DNA of 32,000 nt from the NCBI RefSeq assembly GCF_003945235.1, contig NZ_RSDW01000001.1:2550001-2582000 (forward strand), written 5' to 3'. The notes beneath the pieces were generated by a model. The model was not told where the DNA came from, searched no databases, and saw only the letters and a list, made by a program, of their open reading frames with translations. Within the stretch, counting starts at the first letter, position 1. Each line of letters begins with the position of its first letter. The translations under genes and the position numbers were made by a program. Below are positions 8,883-16,813 of this stretch, one piece after another. The stretch is from Edaphobacter aggregans (lineage in GTDB: Bacteria; Acidobacteriota; Terriglobia; Terriglobales; Acidobacteriaceae).

Positions 8883-8996
8883 CTCAACAGCCGAGTGCCC
8901 CATTCATGCAGCTTCATCGCATGAGTGAGGCATTCGTGCGAAGGCGAATCGCATTTCATCCCCGCCGCGAAACCCGCATAATAGAAGACGGCCATC

Positions 8997-9602
8997 ATGA
9001 AGAAACTAGGCATTCTCCTCTCCGGACGCGGCTCCAACTTCCTCGCCATTCATCGCGCCATCACCGAAGGCCGTCTCAACGCCGAGATCGCCATCGTCCT
9101 CTCCAACATCGAAGCCGCACCCGGCCTCGCCGCCGCACGAGAGCTCGGTCTGCCCACTCTCGCCATCCCCTCCGCAGGCCGCAGGCGCGCCGAGCACGAC
9201 GCCGAGATGATCGCCCAACTCCATCATTACGATGTCGACCTCGTCTGTCTCGCCGGCTACATGCGCATCATCTCACCCGCCTTCGTCGCCGCCTTCCCCA
9301 ACCGCATCCTCAACGTCCACCCATCGCTGCTCCCGGCCTTCCCCGGCCTCGACGCCCAGCACCAGGCCTTCAACCACGGAGCCAAAATCGCCGGCTGCAC
9401 CGTCCACTTCGTCGACGAGGCCGTAGACCACGGCGTCATCATCCTACAAAAGACCGTCCCCGTCCTCGACACCGACACCCCCGAAATCCTCTCCGCCCGC
9501 ATCCTCGAGCAGGAGCACATCGCCTATCCGGAAGCCATAGCCCAAGTCCTAAGCACCAACTACACCATCCAAAACCGCCGCTTTCTCCACAAAACTCCTT
9601 GA
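8997..9602 (+). CDS. purN: Phosphoribosylglycinamide formyltransferase
   Basis: 201 aa. GILLSGRGSNF..., VDLVCLAGYMRII, ILNVHPSLLPAFPG and GCTVHFVDEAVDHGVII are the canonical PurN motifs. Confidence 0.93.
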   Translation: MKKLGILLSGRGSNFLAIHRAITEGRLNAEIAIVLSNIEAAPGLAAARELGLPTLAIPSAGRRRAEHDAEMIAQLHHYDVDLVCLAGYMRIISPAFVAAFPNRILNVHPSLLPAFPGLDAQHQAFNHGAKIAGCTVHFVDEAVDHGVIILQKTVPVLDTDTPEILSARILEQEHIAYPEAIAQVLSTNYTIQNRRFLHKTP

Positions 9603-9740
9603 ACCAGAAACTCTGTCAAGCCTTACTACCACCTAATCCATTGCACTACAACAACATCCATCTGCCGATTAATTACCCCAAACTAGCTAAGATAGAAATA
9701 GACACCAAGAGCCCAGGCGACTCCTGGACTATCCATTTGA

Positions 9741-9828
9741 ACCTGATACCTGATACCTGATACCTGATACCTGATACCTGATACCTGATACCTGATACCT
9801 GATACCTGATACCTGATACCTGATACCT
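9741..9828. repeat. Perfect tandem heptanucleotide array, (ACCTGAT) x 12.5
   Basis: 88 nt of uninterrupted acctgat units (equivalently TGATACC) in the convergent purN/mfd intergenic region. It lies outside any credible ORF. Confidence 0.98.
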
Positions 9829-9853
9829 AACGAGTCTAGGCCTAAGCCTCATA

Positions 9854-9884
9854 TTTCTTAGACTTTAGGACATCAAGTAGGGGT
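9854..9884 (+). repeat. Partial copy (A1) of a dispersed intergenic hairpin repeat
   Basis: ttcttagactttaggacatcaagtag matches copy A2 (9989-10014) at 21 of 26 positions by hand alignment. A G-run follows, as in A2. Confidence 0.55.
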
Positions 9885-9956
9885 AGGGGCATCACATCTC
9901 ACAAAAACCAAAAAATCGTGAGATCACTGTAAAGCCTCTCACGCCGCCACTAGGAA

Positions 9957-10025
9957 GTACACCCAAAGTCCAGACTTAACCAACCTGTTTCTAAGACTTT
10001 AAGACCTAAAGTACGGAAAGGGGGT
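9957..10025 (+). repeat. Copy A2 of the dispersed ~60-70 bp intergenic repeat (contains an ACTTTA-N5-TAAAGT hairpin)
   Basis: gtacacccaaagtccagacttaaccaacctgtttctaagactttaagacctaaagtac aligns along its length with the reverse complement of 14862-14921. The 3' 26 nt match at 22 of 26. Confidence 0.6.
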
Positions 10026-10039
10026 ACTTCTTCAGGCAA

Positions 10040-13000
10040 TTACTTGGCGTCCAAAGCATCGAGCAGAGCACGCGTCTCCGCCAGAACGTCTTCCGCCTTG
10101 GCGCTCGTAAGCGGCCAGCGCAAAACACCCTGCGGAGTGAACTGAGCCCCACGCTTCGTATTCCGGCTAACCAGTTTCATCAAAACCCCAGGATCGATGG
10201 ACCGAACATCGGAAGCGCCATCATTATTCCGCTCGGCGAACTTGATGTGAAGCATCTCGACAAACGTCTTGACCTTGTTCTGCTCCACCTGAGTACGCTT
10301 CCGGTCGATCTGAGCAATCCCAAGCTGCTGACAATGCAGCCGAATCTCACCCGCCGCAAGCAGGTTCAGCACCGACTCCGGAGGAGTGCCATACCGATCC
10401 TGCAACTCCGCCCGAACATCGGCGAGCGTAGCGTAATCCTCCGCTCCCGCGATGCGCTTATACATCCGCAGCCGCTGATTCTCCTCCGGAATGTAATCCG
10501 AGTCGATCCGCACACTGACGCCGAGATTGAGAACCGTAGTCGCGTGAGCAGGCTTGTCCTCCTCACCCTTCATCTTGCGCACGGCCTCCTCAAGCATGGT
10601 CGTATAAAGCTCGAACCCAATGGCCTCAATATGCCCAGACTGCTCGCCACCCAGCATATTGCCCGCTCCACGCAACTCCAGATCGAGCGCAGCGATCTTG
10701 AACCCGGCCCCCAAGTCAGAAAATTCTTTCAAAGCAGCCAAACGCCGCCGAGCAATCTCAGTAAGCTCCGTCTCCGGAGGAATCAACAGATAACTATAAG
10801 CGCGACGATTCGAACGCCCCACCCTCCCACGAAGCTGATAAAGCTCCGAGAGCCCATGACGATCCGCACGATTAATAATGATCGTGTTCGCCAGCGGAAT
10901 ATCAAGCCCGTTCTCGATGATGCTCGTCGCAACCAGCACATCGTACTCATGGTTCATGAACGCCAGCATCACCCGCTCAAGCTCCGCCTCCGGAAGCTGC
11001 CCATGACCAATAACGATACGCGCCTGAGGCACAAGCTCACGTATCTTCGAGGCAAGATCATAGATCGTCTCAACGCGATTGTGGACAAAGTAGATCTGAC
11101 CGCCCCGCTCCAACTCCATCTCAATCGCAGTGCGCAGCAGCTTCTCATCGAACTTCGCCACAATCGTCTGAATCGCCATGCGATCCTTCGGCGGAGTTTC
11201 GATCACCGACATATCGCGCAGGCCAACCAGCGACATATGCAGCGTTCGCGGAATCGGCGTAGCCGACATAGCAAGCACATCGATCGCGGTCCGCATCTGC
11301 TTCAGCCGCTCTTTATGCCGAACGCCGAACCGCTGCTCCTCATCCACAACGAGCAAACCGAGATCCTGAAACTTGAGATCCTTCGACAACAGCCTGTGCG
11401 TGCCAATAAGGATATCGACCTTGCCCTGCTCCACCTTCTCAAGGATCTCCTTCTGCTCCTTCGGCGTACGAAAGCGCGAGATCATCTCGATGTTCACAGG
11501 GAAGTTGGCAAAGCGGCGCTTGAATGACTCATAGTGCTGGAACGACAGCACAGTAGTAGGAGTCAGCACAGCGACCTGCTTCGAGTCCTGCACAGCTTTG
11601 AAGGCAGCTCGCATGGCAACTTCGGTCTTCCCATAACCAACATCACCGCAGAGCAGTCGATCCATAGGCTGCGTCGATTCCATATCGCGCTTGATATCGG
11701 CAATGGCAGTCAACTGATCGTCAGTCTCGTTGAAGTCGAAGGCATCTTCAAACTCACGCTGCATGTTGGTGTCTGGCGAGAAAGGAGTGCCCTGAATGGA
11801 CTCGCGCTGAGCATAGAGCTTGAGCAGCTCGGCGGTCATATCCGCCATCGCCTTCTTGACCCGAGCCTTCGTCTTCTGCCACGACTGACTTCCCAGCTTA
11901 TTGAGCTGCGGCGCAGGACCAGTATCGGTCGACCGGTACTTCTGGATCAGATCCAACCGTGTCAGCGGAACATAGAGCTTAGCCTCGTCGGCAAACTCTA
12001 AGATCATCAACTCAAGCGGCGGAGCATCGTTCTCTTCAATCACCCGCAGCCCGCAATACTGGGCGATGCCATGTTCGACGTGAACTACGTAATCTCCAAC
12101 GGCGAGGTCCCGGAAGTCAGAGATGAAGGCAGCAGTCTTGGACTTGCTGCGTCGAACGGGACGAGCAGAGACATCAGCTTCGTCCGATAAATCCTGCGCG
12201 CCGAAGATGATGATCTGACTGGCGGTAGTCTTATTGAGGTCAAGTATCTGTACGCCAGCAGCAATCGCTGTCTTAACGATGACCGGCGTACGCAGGTCTC
12301 CAGCTAGATAACTAGACTCGCTGTAGACGGTCGAACTCCCGTGTGCCTCGCTGCGAGAGCCTAAGCGATATGGCAGTTGATACTCCTGAAGCAGGCCAGC
12401 AAGGCGCTCGACCTCACCTTGATTAGGCGCGGTAAGCAGGATACGCGCATCCTGTTTCATGAGCACGTTGAGGGCATCAATCAACGCAGGGATAGAACCA
12501 TGGAAGCGCTGCGTAGGACGGGTTGCAAAGTCTACTTCGGAAAGATCGCTGCGATCCGCATCGAGGATGTCTACTGCGCCGAGCTGATCGAGTTCGCAGC
12601 CAGTGAAACGCCGGAGCCGGTCGTCGAGGTCCCAGGGAGAGAGATAGATGTCTTCCGGGCGGACGAGATTGCCTATACCGGATCGGTCATGCCGCTGCTC
12701 AACCTTGTTCCACCAGCGCTCACCCTGATTCTTGACCATGGCAGGCTCTTCGATGAACACACGAGTCGAAGGACCGAGCAGGTCGAGCAGGGTCTGATTC
12801 GCTCCGGCAACAGGCGCAAAAAACTCCCATCCGGGAAAGACCGTCGCTTCACCAGTGCGCGTAGCAACATGGGTTTGGAGCTCGACAGGTTCTTCACCGC
12901 CCTCAAGCGCCGCTCCAGCTGCACCTGCGCGGGTGAGACGAGCGTTGATCGCAGACAAAAGCTTTTCAGTAACAGGTGTTTCGGTCAGCGGAAGAAGAAG

Positions 13001-13702
13001 AGCGTCGTCAAGCGGCGACGAAGAACGCTGCGTCTCAGGATCGAACTTGCGGATGGATTCGATCTCGTCACCAAAGAAGTCGATGCGAACCGGTCGATCC
13101 TGCTCGGGAGAATAGACATCAATGATCCCGCCGCGGATGGTGACCTGGCCGGGCATCTCGACGACGTCGACGCGGGTGTATCCGACGGAGAGCAGATGCT
13201 CAACAAGCATATCGGGAAGGTGCTCTTCCCCTACCCGAAGATGAAGCGCAAGGGCGCGGTAGTAGTCGCGGGAGAAGAGCTTCATGCAGGCTGCTTCTAC
13301 CGGAGCAATAATGAGGCGCGGGGAACTGGATTGATGGCTTATCTTCCACAGCGTAGCAGCGCGCGTCTCCTGGATCTCGGAGTGGGGAGATAGGTTTTCG
13401 AATGGTAGGACATCATGGGCCGGAAGGCGGAGTACGGATTCGGCTGGAAGGGCTCCCGTGAGTTCGCAGGCAGCGAGAACGGCGGCGTGGAGGGCCTCGG
13501 CGGCCTTGTTGTCCGGAACGATGATGACTGACGGAGCAGCGGCTGCATGGACGAAGTAGGGCAGGTAAAGGGCGCGCGCGGTTGCGGTCAGTCCGGACAC
13601 ACGACGGCGGCCCGTGCCTCCGCTCAGGTGGCGGCGTACACGCTCGAACGCTTCAGAGTGTTCAAGGTCCGCGAGGAGTTCACGGACGAAGGGGAGAACC
13701 AT
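10040..13702 (-). CDS. mfd: Transcription-repair coupling factor
   Basis: Intact 1220-aa ORF. It contains the UvrB-homology N-terminus, the CarD/TRCF RNAP-interacting region (FISDFRDLAVGDYVVHVEHGIAQY), helicase motifs (LLCGDVGYGKTEVA, DEEQRFGV, SATPIPRT) and a TRG-type motif region (QLRGRVGRS). Confidence 0.97.
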   Translation of the reverse strand: MVLPFVRELLADLEHSEAFERVRRHLSGGTGRRRVSGLTATARALYLPYFVHAAAAPSVIIVPDNKAAEALHAAVLAACELTGALPAESVLRLPAHDVLPFENLSPHSEIQETRAATLWKISHQSSSPRLIIAPVEAACMKLFSRDYYRALALHLRVGEEHLPDMLVEHLLSVGYTRVDVVEMPGQVTIRGGIIDVYSPEQDRPVRIDFFGDEIESIRKFDPETQRSSSPLDDALLLPLTETPVTEKLLSAINARLTRAGAAGAALEGGEEPVELQTHVATRTGEATVFPGWEFFAPVAGANQTLLDLLGPSTRVFIEEPAMVKNQGERWWNKVEQRHDRSGIGNLVRPEDIYLSPWDLDDRLRRFTGCELDQLGAVDILDADRSDLSEVDFATRPTQRFHGSIPALIDALNVLMKQDARILLTAPNQGEVERLAGLLQEYQLPYRLGSRSEAHGSSTVYSESSYLAGDLRTPVIVKTAIAAGVQILDLNKTTASQIIIFGAQDLSDEADVSARPVRRSKSKTAAFISDFRDLAVGDYVVHVEHGIAQYCGLRVIEENDAPPLELMILEFADEAKLYVPLTRLDLIQKYRSTDTGPAPQLNKLGSQSWQKTKARVKKAMADMTAELLKLYAQRESIQGTPFSPDTNMQREFEDAFDFNETDDQLTAIADIKRDMESTQPMDRLLCGDVGYGKTEVAMRAAFKAVQDSKQVAVLTPTTVLSFQHYESFKRRFANFPVNIEMISRFRTPKEQKEILEKVEQGKVDILIGTHRLLSKDLKFQDLGLLVVDEEQRFGVRHKERLKQMRTAIDVLAMSATPIPRTLHMSLVGLRDMSVIETPPKDRMAIQTIVAKFDEKLLRTAIEMELERGGQIYFVHNRVETIYDLASKIRELVPQARIVIGHGQLPEAELERVMLAFMNHEYDVLVATSIIENGLDIPLANTIIINRADRHGLSELYQLRGRVGRSNRRAYSYLLIPPETELTEIARRRLAALKEFSDLGAGFKIAALDLELRGAGNMLGGEQSGHIEAIGFELYTTMLEEAVRKMKGEEDKPAHATTVLNLGVSVRIDSDYIPEENQRLRMYKRIAGAEDYATLADVRAELQDRYGTPPESVLNLLAAGEIRLHCQQLGIAQIDRKRTQVEQNKVKTFVEMLHIKFAERNNDGASDVRSIDPGVLMKLVSRNTKRGAQFTPQGVLRWPLTSAKAEDVLAETRALLDALDAK

Positions 13703-13846
13703 TCTTCTGCAATTTTAGTGGAAGCGTGTGCCAGCACTGCTGCAACAGGAGTAATATCTTGCATCCGCAGGGAATAAACCTGCGCCGCTGCCCGATTTAT
13801 CGGGGCCCCGGGTGACTCGGACAGCATGTTTCGTTGGAGGTTGACG

Positions 13847-14845
13847 ATGAGCATGTGGAGTAAAGGCGTCATCTTAGCGATCATGGCAGTTCTTCCCCTT
13901 CTGGAAGGATGCGCGCGGCATAGCAAGAGCGAGCGCTACTACCTTATTGCCACAAACACCAGCCTGCCGTACTGGAAGACAGCTGCCGAAGGGTTCCAAA
14001 CAGCTGGCGCCAAATATGGTGTTACGACGGACGTACGGGGGCCGGCGACGTTTGATCCTCAGGCCGAAGTGGAAGAGTTCCGCAAGGCGGTAGCGCAAAA
14101 GCCTGCGGGAATTCTGGTGTCGGTAGCGAGCTCGCAGTTGATGGTTCCGGAGATTGATGCCGCGCTGGCAGCGGGGATTCCGGTGATCACGATGGACTCG
14201 GATGCTCCAGAGAGCAAGCGGCTGTACTTTATCGGCACAAATAATCTTGAGGCGGGCCGCCTGGGTGGTCACCGTGTAGTGGCACAGTTGAATGGCAAGG
14301 GAAACGTGGTGTTCTTCAGCAATCCGGGACAGCCAAATCTGGATGAGCGGCTGAAGGGTTATAAGGATGTGTTCTCCTCCTATCCGGGAATCAAGATTGT
14401 GGAGGTGTTCGACATCAAAGGAGAGTCGGGCTCGGCTTTCGACAAGGCCGAGGAGTATCTGACGAGAACCGGTCCGGCGAAGATCGATGCATTTATCTCC
14501 CTCGAGTCCGCTTCAGGCCGCGATGTGGGAGAGGCGGCGAAGCGGGCTAAGGCTAAGGGCGATGCGGGTAGGCTGGTCGTGGCCATGGATAGCGACGCAG
14601 CCACCCTACAGTCAATCAAGGACGGAAACGTCGACTCAACCGTTGCTCAAAAGCCTTACACGATGGCATTTCTTGGACTCAAGGCGCTGGATGATATCTA
14701 TCACTATCCTGTGAAACCTCTAGCGGCAGACTATGCGCTCGACCCGTTCGCTCCTTTTCCAGCACTCATCGACACGGGAGTCGCGCTGGTGGATAAGAGT
14801 AACGTGGAGGCGATTCTGACCCGGAAGGAGGCTGCGGGGCCATAG
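13847..14845 (+). CDS. Periplasmic sugar-binding-type ABC substrate-binding lipoprotein (PBP type I fold), orphan
   Basis: The ORF is open from 13826. The ATG at 13847 lies 6 nt after GGAGG. The lipobox is LLEGC. IATNTSLPYW..., PAGILVS, IPVITMDSD, YFIGTNNLEAG and VAQKPYTMAF are typical of ribose/AI-2-type binding proteins. No permease or ATPase gene is adjacent. Confidence 0.8.
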   Translation: MSMWSKGVILAIMAVLPLLEGCARHSKSERYYLIATNTSLPYWKTAAEGFQTAGAKYGVTTDVRGPATFDPQAEVEEFRKAVAQKPAGILVSVASSQLMVPEIDAALAAGIPVITMDSDAPESKRLYFIGTNNLEAGRLGGHRVVAQLNGKGNVVFFSNPGQPNLDERLKGYKDVFSSYPGIKIVEVFDIKGESGSAFDKAEEYLTRTGPAKIDAFISLESASGRDVGEAAKRAKAKGDAGRLVVAMDSDAATLQSIKDGNVDSTVAQKPYTMAFLGLKALDDIYHYPVKPLAADYALDPFAPFPALIDTGVALVDKSNVEAILTRKEAAGP

Positions 14846-14856
14846 TAAAGCACCCT

Positions 14857-14921
14857 CCCCTGGGGTACTTTAATCCTAAAGTCCTAGAAGTAAATGAGTT
14901 ACTGGTGGACTTGGTTAGTAC
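14857..14921 (-). repeat. Copy B (inverted orientation) of the dispersed intergenic repeat
   Basis: The reverse complement, gtactaaccaagtccaccagtaactcatttacttctaggactttaggattaaagtacccc, aligns with 9957-10025. Confidence 0.6.
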
Positions 14922-14945
14922 CTGATCCTTATACCCTCTAAATGA

Positions 14946-14980
14946 AAAGCCCCGGTTTTCTGGCCGGGGCTTTCTATTTC
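14946..14980 (+). terminator. Rho-independent terminator after the substrate-binding protein gene
   Basis: aaagccccgg (14946-14955) pairs with ccggggcttt (14964-14973). ctatttc follows. Confidence 0.8.
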
Positions 14981-15004
14981 TGCTCTCTCTATCTATTGTA
15001 GCGG

Positions 15005-15020
15005 ATTGATTGGAATCAAT
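15005..15020. promoter_or_regulatory. Perfect 16-bp palindrome in the AT-rich region upstream of gatB (candidate protein-binding site)
   Basis: ATTGATT-gg-AATCAAT. Confidence 0.3.
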
Positions 15021-15278
15021 ATGCACTCGTATGTCATTTATTTTGTTGCGGATAACCGTTTTTAAGACTTGACAAGAAAAAATGGCGCAAAAGCCATGAA
15101 GCGACAGGATGGCATGAGGGTGAGGGTGCAGAGAAAAATCGACCTTGTAACTCTAAATGCAGGTGGATGGCGGACGTCGATAAGCGATTGCTTACCTTTC
15201 TACGCACTTAATCTCCGCAAACGACAGCAATTCGCCGTGGTCGGAGCGCATGAGAAAGGCTTGCTAAAATCTAGGTGA

Positions 15279-16769
15279 ATGTCTACCGCTACTATGCTTT
15301 CGCCTGAGATTCTTGCCAAGTACCAGCCTGTGATTGGGCTGGAGGTCCATGTTCAGCTATTGACGGAGTCGAAGGCCTTCTGCGGGTGCATCAATCAGTA
15401 CGGCGGTGAACCGAATACGCATGTTTGCCCAACGTGCCTGGGGTTGCCGGGAGCGCTGCCGGTTCTGAATCGCAAGGCTGTGGAGTTTGCCGTGCTCGCA
15501 GCGAAGGCGATCAACTGCGAGATTCGCGAGACGAGCATCTTTTCGCGGAAGAATTATTTTTATCCGGATTCCCCGAAGGGGTATCAGATATCGCAGTTTG
15601 ATAAGCCGATTGCGGAGCATGGTTGGATTGAGGTTCCAGCGTTCGATGCTGCGGGTGCGGCGATTACGAAGCGAGTTGGCGTGACGCGTCTCCACATGGA
15701 GGAAGACGCGGGCAAGAGCGTACACGATGGGTTCGCTGATTCGGTTTCGAAGACCTATATCGACCTGAACCGATGCGGGACGCCGCTGGTGGAGATTGTG
15801 AGCGAGCCCGATCTGCGGACCGCCGATGAGGTGTTCGAGTACCTGACGAAGCTGAAAGAGATTCTGCTGTACACGGGCGTGAGCGACTGCAACATGGAAG
15901 AGGGTTCGCTGCGCTGCGATGCGAATGTGAGCGTGATGCTGAAAGGCGCGAAGCAGTTCGGCACAAAGGCCGAGGTGAAGAACGTCAACAGCTTCCGATA
16001 TATTCGCGCGGCGGTGGAGTACGAGATTGAACGGCAGATTGGCGTGATTGAAGAAGGCGGCAGGGTGGTGCAGGAGAGCCGGCTTTGGAATAACGCAGAG
16101 GGCCGGACGTACTCGATGCGCTCGAAGGAGCAGGCGCATGATTATCGGTATTTTCCGGAGCCGGATTTGCCGCCGCTGGTCGTGGGAGCTGAGTGGCAGG
16201 CGGAGATTCTAAAGGAGATGCCTGAGCTTCCGGAGGCGCGGCGAGCGCGCATGATCGCGGAGTATGAGATTTCGGCACAGGATGCGGCCACGCTGACGGC
16301 TACGCGGGCGTTCGCAGATAAGTTTGAGACGGCAGCCAAGAAGGCGAAGAGTCCAAAGCGTGTGGCTGCGCTGCTGACGAGCGAGTTGACGATGCGTCTG
16401 CGGCTGGCGGGATTGGAGTTGGAGCAGTCTCCGGTCTCGATGGATGGGGTCGTGATGGCCGCGGATCTGGCGGAGTCGGGCGAGCTTTCAAGCAAGATGC
16501 TGAAGCAGCTGCTGGATATCAGCTTCGAGAAGAACGAGGATTTCCCTGTTGTGTATGAGCGGGAGAAGCCGCAGCAGATCTCGGATGCCGGTGCGATCGA
16601 GAAGATGATCGATGAAGTGATTGCAGGAAATCCGAAGCAAGTGGAGCAGTATCGCTGCGGAAAGAAGACGGTGGCGGCGTTCTTTGTGGGGCAGGTGATG
16701 CGGCTGTCAAAGGGTCAGGCTAATCCTGCGCTGCTCAATGAACTGGTGGTGAAGAAGCTGGATAGTTAG
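15279..16769 (+). CDS. gatB: Asp-tRNA(Asn)/Glu-tRNA(Gln) amidotransferase subunit B
   Basis: 496 aa. VIGLEVHVQL, CPTCLGLPGALPVLN, RKNYFYPD, TRLHMEEDAGKS, NRCGTPLVEIVSEPD, RCDANVS and the C-terminal GatB/YqeY domain all match. Confidence 0.97.
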   Translation: MSTATMLSPEILAKYQPVIGLEVHVQLLTESKAFCGCINQYGGEPNTHVCPTCLGLPGALPVLNRKAVEFAVLAAKAINCEIRETSIFSRKNYFYPDSPKGYQISQFDKPIAEHGWIEVPAFDAAGAAITKRVGVTRLHMEEDAGKSVHDGFADSVSKTYIDLNRCGTPLVEIVSEPDLRTADEVFEYLTKLKEILLYTGVSDCNMEEGSLRCDANVSVMLKGAKQFGTKAEVKNVNSFRYIRAAVEYEIERQIGVIEEGGRVVQESRLWNNAEGRTYSMRSKEQAHDYRYFPEPDLPPLVVGAEWQAEILKEMPELPEARRARMIAEYEISAQDAATLTATRAFADKFETAAKKAKSPKRVAALLTSELTMRLRLAGLELEQSPVSMDGVVMAADLAESGELSSKMLKQLLDISFEKNEDFPVVYEREKPQQISDAGAIEKMIDEVIAGNPKQVEQYRCGKKTVAAFFVGQVMRLSKGQANPALLNELVVKKLDS

Positions 16770-16813
16770 GCTGCGAACTTTCCAGAACAGTCCGCTTGAG
16801 GTTTAATGGGCGG

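Noticed and set aside
8879-9760. 293-aa plus-strand ORF overlapping purN
   Set aside because: It is a different frame over purN with an Arg/Pro/His-rich translation. It runs into the heptamer array only by chance.
9741-9828. Heptamer array as a CRISPR array
   Set aside because: The units are contiguous 7-mers with no spacers, and no cas genes are present.
10247-13393. Long plus-strand ORFs (10247-11527, 11534-12001, 12377-13393)
   Set aside because: They are antisense shadows of mfd with no recognisable motifs. mfd explains the region completely.
14981-15100. AT-rich stretch upstream of gatB as oriC
   Set aside because: It has only one 8/9 DnaA-box-like site. The substrate-binding protein gene to its left already shows the right-hand (G/T-ending) composition, so the compositional flip is about 3 kb further left. 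No dnaA or dnaN is nearby.
15069-15278. 69-aa ORF ending exactly at the gatB start
   Set aside because: It has a TTG start with no RBS, atypical codon usage for this domain and no recognisable motif. It is probably a non-coding leader.
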